Positions 12,901-24,900 of a stretch of DNA of 64,000 nucleotides are shown here, piece after piece. The DNA lies in the NCBI RefSeq assembly GCF_022045235.1, contig NW_027266308.1:28954001-29018000 (forward strand). The letters run 5' to 3'. This DNA is from Haliotis cracherodii. Lineage: Eukaryota. The position numbers were made by a program, and so were the translations under genes. The notes under the pieces are model-generated. The model worked only from the letters and a program-made list of their open reading frames with translations, made no database searches and was not told where the DNA came from. Each line of letters begins with the position of its first letter. Position 1 is the first letter of the stretch.

Positions 12901-15900
12901 ATGATGCTACCTTCAGGCAATGTAGGTCCTGGGCACAATGATGCTACCTTCAGGCAATGTAGGTCCTGGGGACAATGATGCTACCCTCAGGCAATGTAGG
13001 TCCTGGGGACAATGATGCTACCTTCAGGCAATATAGGTCCTGGGGACAATGATGCTACCTTCAGGCAATGTAGTTCCTGGGCACAATGATGCTACCTTCA
13101 GGCAATGTAGGTCCTGGGCACAATGATGCTACCTTCAGGCAATGAAGGTCCTGGGGACAATGATGCTACTTTCAGGCAATGTAGGTCCTGGGCACAATGA
13201 TGCTACTTTCAGGCAATGTAGGTCCTGGGCACAATGATGCTACCTTCAGGCAATGTAGTTCCTGGGCACAATGATGCTACCTTCAGGCAATGTAGGTCCT
13301 GGGCACAATGATGCTACCTTCAGGCAATGTAGGTCCTGGGGACAATGATGCTACCTTCAGGCAATGAAGGTCCTGGGGGCCCATATATAGGTTCTACTAC
13401 ACCAAATAAGCATCTGTCGTTCAACAAGTAGTTTTCGTAGAGAGCCTTAAGTGCAGATTGAATCATCTGGCAGCTGTGGTTGGATGATCTTGTGTAAGAT
13501 TTTTATGTTTTTGAAATGTACATCCGTCCAGTTATTTTTCAACATGACTTATGCTGAATGTGACCACAGATATTTTCAAGTAAGTGACATTTGGTGCGAA
13601 AATGGGAGTTGTGTGTTTTGCTTCTTGTACTTGGAAAAAGATCTGGCTAAGCTAGTCATGTTTTTTGTTTTTGTTGCAGCTCCAAGGCCAAACTGTGCAC
13701 ACACGTACAGGTAATAGCTGTTGAATGCCTAACATTACTATAGAAGTCATTGGGAAGAAGTTGGTTGTGTGTAACATATAGCCACCAAAATACCTTGTGT
13801 GAGGTCTCAATAACAAGGGCACAGGGCTCCAATCCAGAAATGAGTGAGTGAGTATGATTTTACGCCGCTTTTAGCAATATTCCAGCAATATCACGGCGGG
13901 GGACACCAGAAATGAGCTTCACACATTGTACCCACCAATCCAGAAAGCATTCATAGAGGTATTCCTGCTACAGTTCAATAATAGATTGACTGCTTTGTGG
14001 ATCAGGGCCCAGAAATCTAATATGACTGATAGAACTGAAACAAACCGTGTTTCCTTCGTCAGAATTAGCCCAAACTGAGAGCCTGCATACCTTCCCCTGG
14101 CAGTGCCTATGTCTAATTCCTTGTGCTCCATTGGAGATCATGGGATTATAAGTGTGCTAAGTCAGTGCTATAAGTATGTAGTGGGATATACACCAGCTCT
14201 GTGCTGATTGTTATATAATCACATTTATGCTTGCAAACTGGGCTCCCAATGAGATAAACACACTGTGTTTTCATGTCTGTGGGTGTTATTAAGTACTTGA
14301 TTCCTGATTATCTGTACATTGCATTGCATTATGTCTGTTAACAGAGACCATATAATCAATATTATATGGTCTCTGCTGTTATTAATGTGTCACATGATCA
14401 GCTGTTACACCCAACTAAATGAATCTGATTCATGCACAGTTAATAGTTTCTTATCCAGTCCTTGAAAGATTCCATGCAGAATTTGTCAGCAAGATTGATT
14501 TCATGCCACAGTCTGTTTTGCTGGTCCAGTCTGGTACAGTCTGATTTATACAGCTTCTTTGCAATTGGGGGGGCATGGGTGCGCCCAGTCGTCTAAGGCC
14601 CCGAGATTCGCTGTGCAGAGTTGCGTCCCTTGGGCACGCCAGAAACCTATGATTGTGGGTTCGAATCCCAGTTCGCCCCAATTATGTTTCTAGGTTTGTC
14701 AGCACCATACCAATGCTCGTGGGTTTCACCGAAGTGGTAAACATCTGAGACCTGCATCACTTCAGGCTTTCCTGACATATTAAGCTGACGTGCCATGATA
14801 TAACTGGAATACTGTTAAAAGCGGTGTTAAACCCAACTCACTCACTCACTCACTCACTCACGCACTCACTCACTCTTTACAACAGTATATTGGTTGTTGG
14901 GACCATAATTCTGGTCCAAAATCCGAAGTGTAAAAAGTCTGACTTAGCGAGTTGTAGGTCAGTTTGAGTAATGATAATTTATTGAGGAACTGTGGGGACT
15001 GGAGAAAAAGTCTGGTTTTCACCGAAATCCGAATTTGACAAAGTCTGATTTGGACATATTTCATTGGATATGTTTGGGGCACAGGAACCTTCAATTCATG
15101 CTGTAATTATTAAACGAAATCATGCAGTCAAGGAAAGATTGTGGTGTTTAAATCTTTCAACTTACACTTCAATCTAACATCATCACTGTGATGATCATTA
15201 CTTAATCAGAAATCAATGCTATTTACCTTATCGGCACATCTAACATTGTCAATAAAATCAATATCCTAGTAATGATCAGACCGAACAAGTAACAAGGCAG
15301 AATTCAATGACCAGGAAAGATTAATGGCTCAGTTCATTAATTACACATGATTATAAATCAATATTCTTTATCATCAACACACAACTAATCAGTTAATCAA
15401 TATAAGACTCTTTTAAAGGAAGGCATGTTTAGCCTGGTGTTGATAAACATATAAAATCATTAAGAGAACCGAGGATTGAGGCCATAGGTCGTGTTAGCAC
15501 CGAGTTGCAAGGGGACCTTTTCACCAGCAAGACGTTTTATACAGGTAAAGGAATGAAGACAGGCATACCTGTAGATTTACCTGTGATTTACATCCAGGAG
15601 AACAGGTCAGTCCAAGTCTTCAACCTTGTGTTTTGTTTCTTTCTTTCTTTTTTAATGCCCAAAATAGAAATATTCCAGCTGTATGACGGTGGTCTGTACA
15701 TAAGCGAGTCTGGACCAGACAATCTAGTGGTTGTCATTAGGAGCACTGATCTATGCAATTGGGATACGATGACATGCATTAACCAAGTCAACTAACCTGA
15801 CCACCCGAACCTGTTAGTTGCAACTGGGAGGGGCGACGAGTTGTGCAAAGGCGGGGGGACCCAGCTGGTGGACTCCATCGACATCCTCAACGGACAGATC

Positions 15901-18900
15901 CCGGTAGAGTTGGTGAAAGTGGAGTCGTTTGTGTGTAGTGCCATTGAGGATGCTAACGCCTGAAGTACATGTGGATGGGAAGCTCAAGGTGGATCCAAAC
16001 CAGTGAGGGTGTAAGCCTTAAGAATGGTGGAACATAATGGTGGTATACTTGGAGATATTCCGTCAACCCTCCTCGGTGGTCGGGAGGAAAAGGTGTTTAC
16101 CTCGATGCCGAAAATGATGAGTGACGTCAATATAATGACATAATGCATGAACATGATATAGGGAGATGTCACTAGACCCAAAGATATTAGACAGCGGAGC
16201 AATAGTGAAAGTGAGATCCGCCTGACCAGGCAATTGATTTTTGGCAATAAAAGCCCACATTAGGCCAAGATGTACCTCCACACCTGACATCGAGAGCCTG
16301 TGGTTCATACATGCCGCAGTGGCCAAGGACAGGAGAAAGGCAGTCTTCTGCGTAAGAGGCACCAATTCTGCATCAGAAAGATGTGTGTAGGGAGAAATGA
16401 GGAGGTGAGATAGAACCAGTCCCGTCCCAGGCTTGAGGTCAAAACTTTAATCACTGATCATCCTTACGGTAACCCCATAGGAAAGCGACGGATGGCCGAG
16501 ACATAACTGGCAATGGTTCCGCCTAACGGGTGTTTTGTCTCACGTAAAAAGACTCAGAAATAAGCTATGAATGGAGTAGAAGCCATAGTAGGATCCATAT
16601 CATGTTGACATCAATGAGCCACACGAGATAACCATTTCTGGTAATACAAGGAGGCCGTAGAAGGGCAGTGTGTCTGACAAATAGCAAGAGCTGACACAGT
16701 AGAGATACCCCTCGCTGTCAATGTGTTCTGCAAATGGACGACATGCATAGATCTCTGGGTATGGGTGTGGTTGACAAGTGTGTGCATTTCTGAGCAGACT
16801 GGGAAAGTTGGAAATTTTATGTCTGGCTCTCCGGCCAGTCGGAGCAAATGCAAAAACCATGTCCAACTGGGCCACTAAGGTGCGACTAAAAGAATCTGTA
16901 GAGGCCAGTAGGCCAGTATCCGGAGAACATGGAGTGCCAGAGGTGGAAACACATACATGTGTTGGCCATTCTACTCAATGGCAAGTGCATAGCCAGAGAT
17001 ACGAACGTCTGAAGCTGGTGGTTGTAACGTGTGGCAAACAAGTCAACATATGGGTAGCTGAAGATCTTGCAAATCCTCTTGAAAACCTCCGGATGTAACT
17101 GCCTCTCCATGGGGGCGAGATAGGGGGTCTGTGAAAATGTAGGAAATGCTCGGAATGTGATGAATTCACACCTCCGATTGGATGTCGTCTATGAGACGAT
17201 AGAACATGAACGTGAGTTCGTCATGAGGCGAGTTCCGCGAAATATCGTCCCCCACATTTGATTGGCCAATATGACTCCAAAGAGCTGTGAGAGAAACTGG
17301 GCGGTCCACAATACTGAGGCCTGCAGGTCCCCAGGATGGGCCCCAACCCTTCATTTGATGCATCCACAAACAAGTGGTGAGTGGGAATGGAGTCGGTCAA
17401 AGAGACCCTGTCAAAATTGTCCGACTCGAGGGGCCACCAATGGAGGTAGGGTCAAAGCGAGGCTGCGAGAGACACCACCTTGTCCGGCATGTCCCAATCG
17501 AACCATGGTTGAAGAAAGACCTGCAGAGGATGTAACTGCAGGTGTCAACGGCGGGTCGAATCCTGCACTGATGTGAGCAGGCCAAGCTGGTGTTGCAAAT
17601 TGTTATTTAGGAGTCCTGATGACAGGCCTGCCTAAACAAGAGATGGAAGATCGAGAACGAGGAGAAGATCTCGATGTGTGTCAAATAGTCCCTTGATGAA
17701 GTGAAGGGTCTTGGAGGGAACCAACACAAGCTTCTCAAGGTTGATTTGCCAACTGAGCTGCTGAAGATACCGGTGGGTAAATCCAATGTGCTCGTGAAGC
17801 AACTGAAATGAGGGATCGCTCATCAGACGGTCGTCGCTGTACAAACTGAAGAGGATCCCCTACATGTGTAGGAACATCCCCAGGGGTTTAGTGATACGAG
17901 TGAAAAGCCACGGGCAGTAGAGATGCCAAATGGAAGGACTTTCCACTGGTAATGACGACCGTTGAAAAAGTTGTCCTGTAAAGGAACCAAGCGCGTATGG
18001 TAGTTGAAGGGCGATAGAGTGAGAGGTGGTTGTGCAATTAAGGGTAATTGGTCCCTGTAACAAAGTGTTTGAATAACCCAGCGGTCCAAGAAGTGTTGAT
18101 CCTAAGTTTTCTAAAACAGCTCGAGGCGACAGCCGACAGGAGAGTCGTGGGGAGGGACGGCCGGTGGCGGAAGAAACCAGTTGCCAACCTGGTAAGGACC
18201 TCATTAAGAGTTATCATTCATTTTCTTTTCCTGAAATTCACTTTAAAGTTTATGAAGCCTTTGAACCATCCCTTGTTTCATTCCAGTAACATCGCTGTAA
18301 ACCATAAAGTTTTAGTTCCAGATTCAATCTTGTTTTCTAACGGACGAGTCAATATTCATCACATGACAGATTCAATACTCATCATGTGATGAGTCAATAT
18401 TCGAGGTCAGTGTCACTCATATCATGCATATGATTTGGGGGTCTACATGGAAATGTATTGTTTTGTCACGTAGTACGGATGAACCAATAGAATGCCAAGA
18501 TTCTTAACAGATGTAAAACAATTAATATTGAGTTAACTCACCCATCTCAAGACACTTGAGCATCCAGAGTTCATCAGTAGCACAGAGGAACCGCCATCTG
18601 CGACACACCTGACAGCAGAAAACCAGGAAAGTCTTAATTAGCATCTGAACAAAGGGCATTAGTCCATCACAATTAGTTGTTAATCTGGACATTCACTAAT
18701 CAAAACAATTCAATGTGAATGAGGCTGTGAACATTAACAGATTTACTTCAGTGGAATCTGTCAAACAGGACTCTTAAAATTAATAAATGGTTGTCATGGT
18801 TGTCAATGGGTTCGATTTTCAGGGATACATTGTGCCAGTAAGGGACATAATTCTCAATATACACTTGCTTATCCTGGCCTCTGTCTGAATAGGACTGAGC

Positions 18901-21900
18901 TCTGAGTCCACATGCTTCCGCTGTATTCATAAGAGTTAAATAATTGCTATTATTGTTAGTTTGTGTTTACCTGCGAGGCAACATCTATCTCCCGGGCTGA
19001 CAGGCAGGAGAATATGTACAACAATGTCCGATCCATCAACCTGTTGATGTCAGTCTCATCACGAATCCTGGGAAGAAAATTCAATTCATGAAACAATTGC
19101 TCCTAAATGAATGGCCTCTTTCACAAAGCAAGAAAATATGCATTGAAGATCACCTGGATATGATTTAAACAGTTTAAATCATCAACAGAGTTGTTGTCAG
19201 CACTGAGTCTGATATTCAAATATTTTCTGCATAAATATTGAAGACTAAAATCAAACACTAATTCATTAGATTTGAACATAATTTAATGTCATCAAAACAT
19301 ACCATCCAAAGTTCAACTCTCTCAGAACATTTCCAGAGAGTTTAAAAGCATGGTCCTTCACTGCGGCCACTAATTGGAGCAATCTACCTTCTGATCTCTG
19401 TGAATGTCCTACCTCCTCTGCTTTTAGAACATAATCAAGACCTATCTCTTCCACCAAGCTTTCTACTGAACTGCCCTCTCTGGTCCATGTTGTCTGCACT
19501 TCCAGCATAATATTTGATTATGGAAATAGGTGCATTATAAATGAACTAGTATATTATGCCATAAAGGAAACATCAAGGACAAATTTAATATCAAGAAACA
19601 TCAGAAAAAACAAAGTCCCACTACTAACTAAATATACATCAAGTTTCATTACATTTTCAACAAAAACTAACTAAGTAATGACCCTAAAAAATCTTTTTCA
19701 AGATGGCCGCCATGGTGGCCATTTTGAAAATCAGATTTGAACTTCTTGGACAAATTATGGTGTTATCATTGATTGAAACAGTCATGTGTAGTTTCAGCAT
19801 CATTGGTCCTGTTGTTTCTGTGGAGATGGTATCAACACTTGATTTTTCGTCAGGTGAGCTAAAATTAAAAAACGTATCATGCTCAATTAACACGACCTGG
19901 ATGTCTATTGCCATATTTGGTATATTCTTACTTCTGGTTGATGTGTGAGACGAGGTACTCCAGCAGCATCAAGGAACACACCTTGACGATCTCCCTCAGT
20001 AACGCTATACGCTCAAACTCCTCCCACTCAGACAGCCACTAGGGGGAGAATGAAAGAATTGTTTAGTGTTGTGTCATACTGGTAAGTTGGGATCATATAC
20101 AGAAATACACATCACCACTATTGATACCTGAAACTTTAAAACACTTAATAAATCAATTTACACTAAAGAAAACTATCTCAAAATTAATAAGAGACATACA
20201 GGTGTCAGTAAGCAGAAAAGTAATAAACATGAATACACAATCCCAAATATAGCATTTGTTACAAGTAATAAACAGTTACTTCTGATATTAAATTTCCTCT
20301 GAAATGTTAAATGGTGATTAGGACATACAAATCTATTTCTTGAGGCAGGAGAACAAAATAAATTGGTGGTTCATTTCCTATAAAACACTTGAAATATTTA
20401 AGATATTTAAAACCAAGATACTATTACTCGCCCACGAAGAGATCACCCGCTTAATAAACATACAGCTGTATTAGTAATTGTGTAAGACAAAAGTGTGTGC
20501 TTGTGTACTGCGGGAACAAGTTTCACTAACAAGTGTCGAAAACTCCCAACATCCCTGGGCTTATTCAACGACTTTGCGTGTAGAGATGATAGATCACTGA
20601 GAGGAGTTTATTCACACCCGACGACCCCAGCAACCCCATTGCTAGGATGACATCACATGGCATTGCTCAACAAATTACAAAAACTCATGAATAGTTCTGG
20701 TATCTGACTCGATTTCACTCGTCAGTTTCACTTTTCACTCATTTCATAAAATTGGTATTTCACTGGAGCTTGTTTAGTATTCTATACTTATAGCATTCAG
20801 TTATTGGTCTGGCCTTATACATATCAGTTATCTCACATGTATTGGACATAGTGGTATTAGCATCAGCACCCTGAACACGATGAAGACATGGTAGAGGTGA
20901 ACAAATGTTTAAAAGAACCGAAACAATTGTACATATTAGGCAAATTGTCCATTGAAATGAGATATTTTTATTTTCAAATATGAGACCAGATATTCAGGAA
21001 GTTTCAAGCCTTTTAAATAGCGTTTATACCCCATGAAATAAAAAAAAATCAGGCAAAATTGCAGCAAAGTAAATGAATGTATTGTGAAACGCATCATGAA
21101 CAAAGTGTCATGATATGTATCATGATATAGTCGTACTGCGGCATCCCTAGTAAATATTACACAGCCTACCAAAATAACAAGCTATATGTGCTTTACATGA
21201 TTAGTTCCTGACAAGCATCAAAGATCATTTTCAGTACTTACCTCCCAAATCTGGGCCAGCTGATCTCTGAAATTGCCTGACAAGTCTGATCGCTTTGCCT
21301 TCTTGAAAGCCCTGCCAGTGTTGGGGGTCTCGGGCCACCACTTGACACTCTTGTAGGACTGGGTCAGGGGCACGGGGATGTCCGCCACGCCCACAGGCTT
21401 CTGTACTGGTCCTTGTCGGATCTCACACTGCATCGGTCCACCTGGAGCAGTGAGATCAGCATCATCCCATATTTAGCTGTCATGGCTTCTTTTGTTTTAA
21501 CAAGTATACATCTTGACTGAATTATAGGGGGCATGGGTGGCTCAGTCATCTAAGGCTCCGCAATACTTTGTGCAGAAATGCATGAAACGCCAGAAACCTA
21601 TGACTATAAGTTCACCAAAATCTGGGACCTGCATTACTTCAGGCTTTCCTCCAACAGTAAGCTGACATGCCATGACTAAGTGAGTGAGTATGGTTTTATG
21701 TCGCCTTTAGCAATATTCCAGCAATATCATGGCACCAGAAATGGGCTTCACACAGTGTGTCCCATGTCGCGGTTCGAAACCCGGGTCCTCAGTGTGACGA
21801 GCGAACAACCATGCCATGATATAACTGGTGGCATCAAACCCAACTTACTCACTCACTTGTACATTTATACATTTACTGGTACCATTTTAAGATGATTTAC

Positions 21901-24900
21901 ATAGTTGATTTCCAACATTTCCAGATTTAAATAAAGTGAAAGTCAGAAGAAAGTGTAACCTCTTCAGCCTGGTATCAATCAATCCTCTGCATCATTTAAT
22001 CTCCACCCACTGACATTACTTCTACGCCACTGGGTCATAGTCGAATATGAATTGATAATACCTTGTCAGAACATGAACGCACACAGTTCAAGGGACTACT
22101 AGCTAGAGACCACAAGGAGAAAATGGACCTTATGGATGCTAGGATACAATTGTGCTGTGACGTCATAAAGAAAGACGTTTGACATCAACTTACTTCAATA
22201 AAAATTGCCATTTGTGTGGACTGTACAAAAAAATCTTTCTCCTGTCAGTTCGTAAAGCAATATTTTAAAACATTTTTGCATACATGTCTGAGTTCAATTA
22301 ATCTGACATTATATCTAAAAACTGCAATTACATAAACAGTTATACGTCTGAAAATGGGACTTTACAGAAAATGACTCCAAATGTTTGACTGACTCCAAGC
22401 TGACCCGTCCTTGCTTTATCCTCTTTATACCGAGCGCCGGGGCGGTCGGGTAGCCTAGTGGTTAAAGCGTTCGCTCGTTACGCTGAATTCCCGGGTTCGA
22501 TTCCCGACATGGGTACATTGTGTGAAGCCCATTTCTGGTGTCCCCCGCCATGATATTGCTGGAATATTGCTAAAAAGCGGCGTAAAACCATACTCACTCA
22601 CTCACTTATGCCGAGCGCCAGGCAGTGTTACAACAAGTACCATTGTTTAACACCTTTTTTTCCGTATGTGGATGGGGATCGAACCATGGTACTTCTGCTC
22701 TCCAGCCAGACACTTTATAGATTAGACTACGGAGGCAGTCCAGAAGAGTTAGACAGTCCCTACAGGAGCAAACGTAAAGGTTCCCAGGACCCACATAGAT
22801 TTTGAACACTGGATATGTATTGATACATCACAACACAACTTCAACAAGCAATACTCATCCTTGCTAACTATGTACATACCTAGCACACGCCTGGGAGAGA
22901 AGAATTCAAGAGTACTGACTGCGGAGGATCCGAATGCACTACTCCTGAACCTGCTGGAGGTTGTCCTGACACTAGCACTGCTCCTCCGGGACCCCGTATT
23001 CAGCTGAATGCTGCCCCCCAGGAACTTTGTACGTCCTTTCCTTCTGCCATACTTCTTCAGGAGGAACTTCTGATCAACCTTGAGACTCTGCCCCCCTTCC
23101 ATACTGGGTGTTGCTGGAGCGTTGCCCTCCTGTGGATCACTGTCCTCTAGTCTATACACCTCAGTGTTCTCCACATCCGAATCCATACTCTCAACATCCA
23201 GGCGCTTCTCCTCCTCACCTTCATCTTCGTCTTCTTCCACAGTTCCCTCCTCAGTCTTCAACTCACTATCACCATTCTCCCCTGCACTGTTTACAGATCC
23301 GTCTTGCACTTTTGATTTTGATAATTCATTTTTTTCAATTTTTTCAATCATTGCCACGTCCTGAAAAGATGATTGTAATATTCCCTTTGCTAGCTCGTCA
23401 GCAAAAGAGTCTAAAACTTGAACAGGTGTTTTGGGGGGGATTTCTTCTTTGTCAGGTTTAACGTCATCTGCAAATGTCACCGAAACGGATGATAACTTAG
23501 AATTGGCTCTACTAACTCTCCTAATCTTACGCTCACTCTGACTTGATGCTGGGGTCTTGGGGTTTTCAACTGTTTCAGCTTTACTTTTGACATTTTGATC
23601 ACGACCTGGTGATTTGGATTTCTTCTTCTTCTGAGACTTTCTGTTTTGTAAAGAGTCAAGATGTATCCTGTGGACTTCCTGGACTCTTCTGAAGGAAGCT
23701 GACGGATATCGCTGACGTGACGCAGTGACATAATCACGATGACGCACTGGTTCCAACGTGGTTGCCAAGATGTCAAGCTGATGAGCAGAGCACCTGCACA
23801 GGAAAGAGAACACATGAAAGTCATTAAGACCAGCATTAGAAATTGGCGCTAGTCCTGAAGTCCTTGCCAAACTGCCCAATAGTTAAGGTATCACAAGGAC
23901 TAGTAGAAATTTGCCATTTTTAAGTTTGTTTGTTTGATGTTTAACGCCGCACTCAGCAATATTCCAGCTATATGACGGCAGTCTGTAAATAATCATGTCT
24001 GGATCAGACAATCCAGTGATTGATATCATGAGCTTCAATCTACGCAATTGGGATCGATGGCATGCATCAACCAAGTCAGCGAGAATGACCACCCGATCCT
24101 GTTAGTTGCCTTTTACGACAAGCATAGTCGCCTTTTACGGCAAGCATGGGTTTCTGAAGACTTATTCTACCCCGAATCTTCACGGGTCGCCATTTTTAAG
24201 GGTCTCACTATATGCTATCATTGTAAGGACTAGTGGACTACAAATGTTAAATTCTACCCCTGTTAAGATCTCTACTCCAATCTGTGTTTATTGATAAAAT
24301 GATATTCATATCAAAATATTGCTGTATTGAACACACCTAAGGCCAGAATGTTTTTATTTTTTGCTTTATCACAGATTTTTTCATACATTTTAGAATTTGG
24401 GTAAGGGAAAAAAATTGTAATTTTACCTTAAATTGTATATTTATACACTTATCCAAACTCATACTATGCATTTCTTCATTCTTCTTCGGATCCTGGTGTG
24501 AAAACATGCTAAAACAAAGTTTCCAGCTTCTGAAAACGTTTTGCCAGAATACATCCCACAATCACTATGGTCACTACCCATACAAATGGGACACTCACTA
24601 TAATTCTGTGCATTCTGACCTTACACAACTTGATCACCTTACTACCCCTGCCACATCAATCTCTTTCTTGGTGCGGACAGGCTAGAGTAGCTGTGATAAG
24701 GGGATGGTTGGGCGGGGATATGGCATGTGAGATAGGATAAGTATATATAAATATACAATTTAATATAAATCTACAAATTATTAAACTTATCCTATCTCAC
24801 ACAATGCATTTCTCCCATAGTAGGACAGTGGGGCACAGATACCCTAGCCTGTCTAGACTACAACCGTGAGACGTCCACGAGGAAGCAGGTGCTAAACAGG

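Noticed and set aside
11897-13378. 37-bp repeat array as a CRISPR (also the 38-bp array at 53535-54410)
   Set aside because: Units are head-to-tail with no unique spacers, there are no cas genes, and the context is eukaryotic
22439-22510. tRNA genes at the SINE heads (families A, B, D)
   Set aside because: No proper acceptor stem or oligo-T terminator; each continues into a repeat body with tail and TSD
22749-23879. 376-aa ORF as a stand-alone gene
   Set aside because: It is exon 2 of the F-box/WD gene plus intronic read-through at both ends
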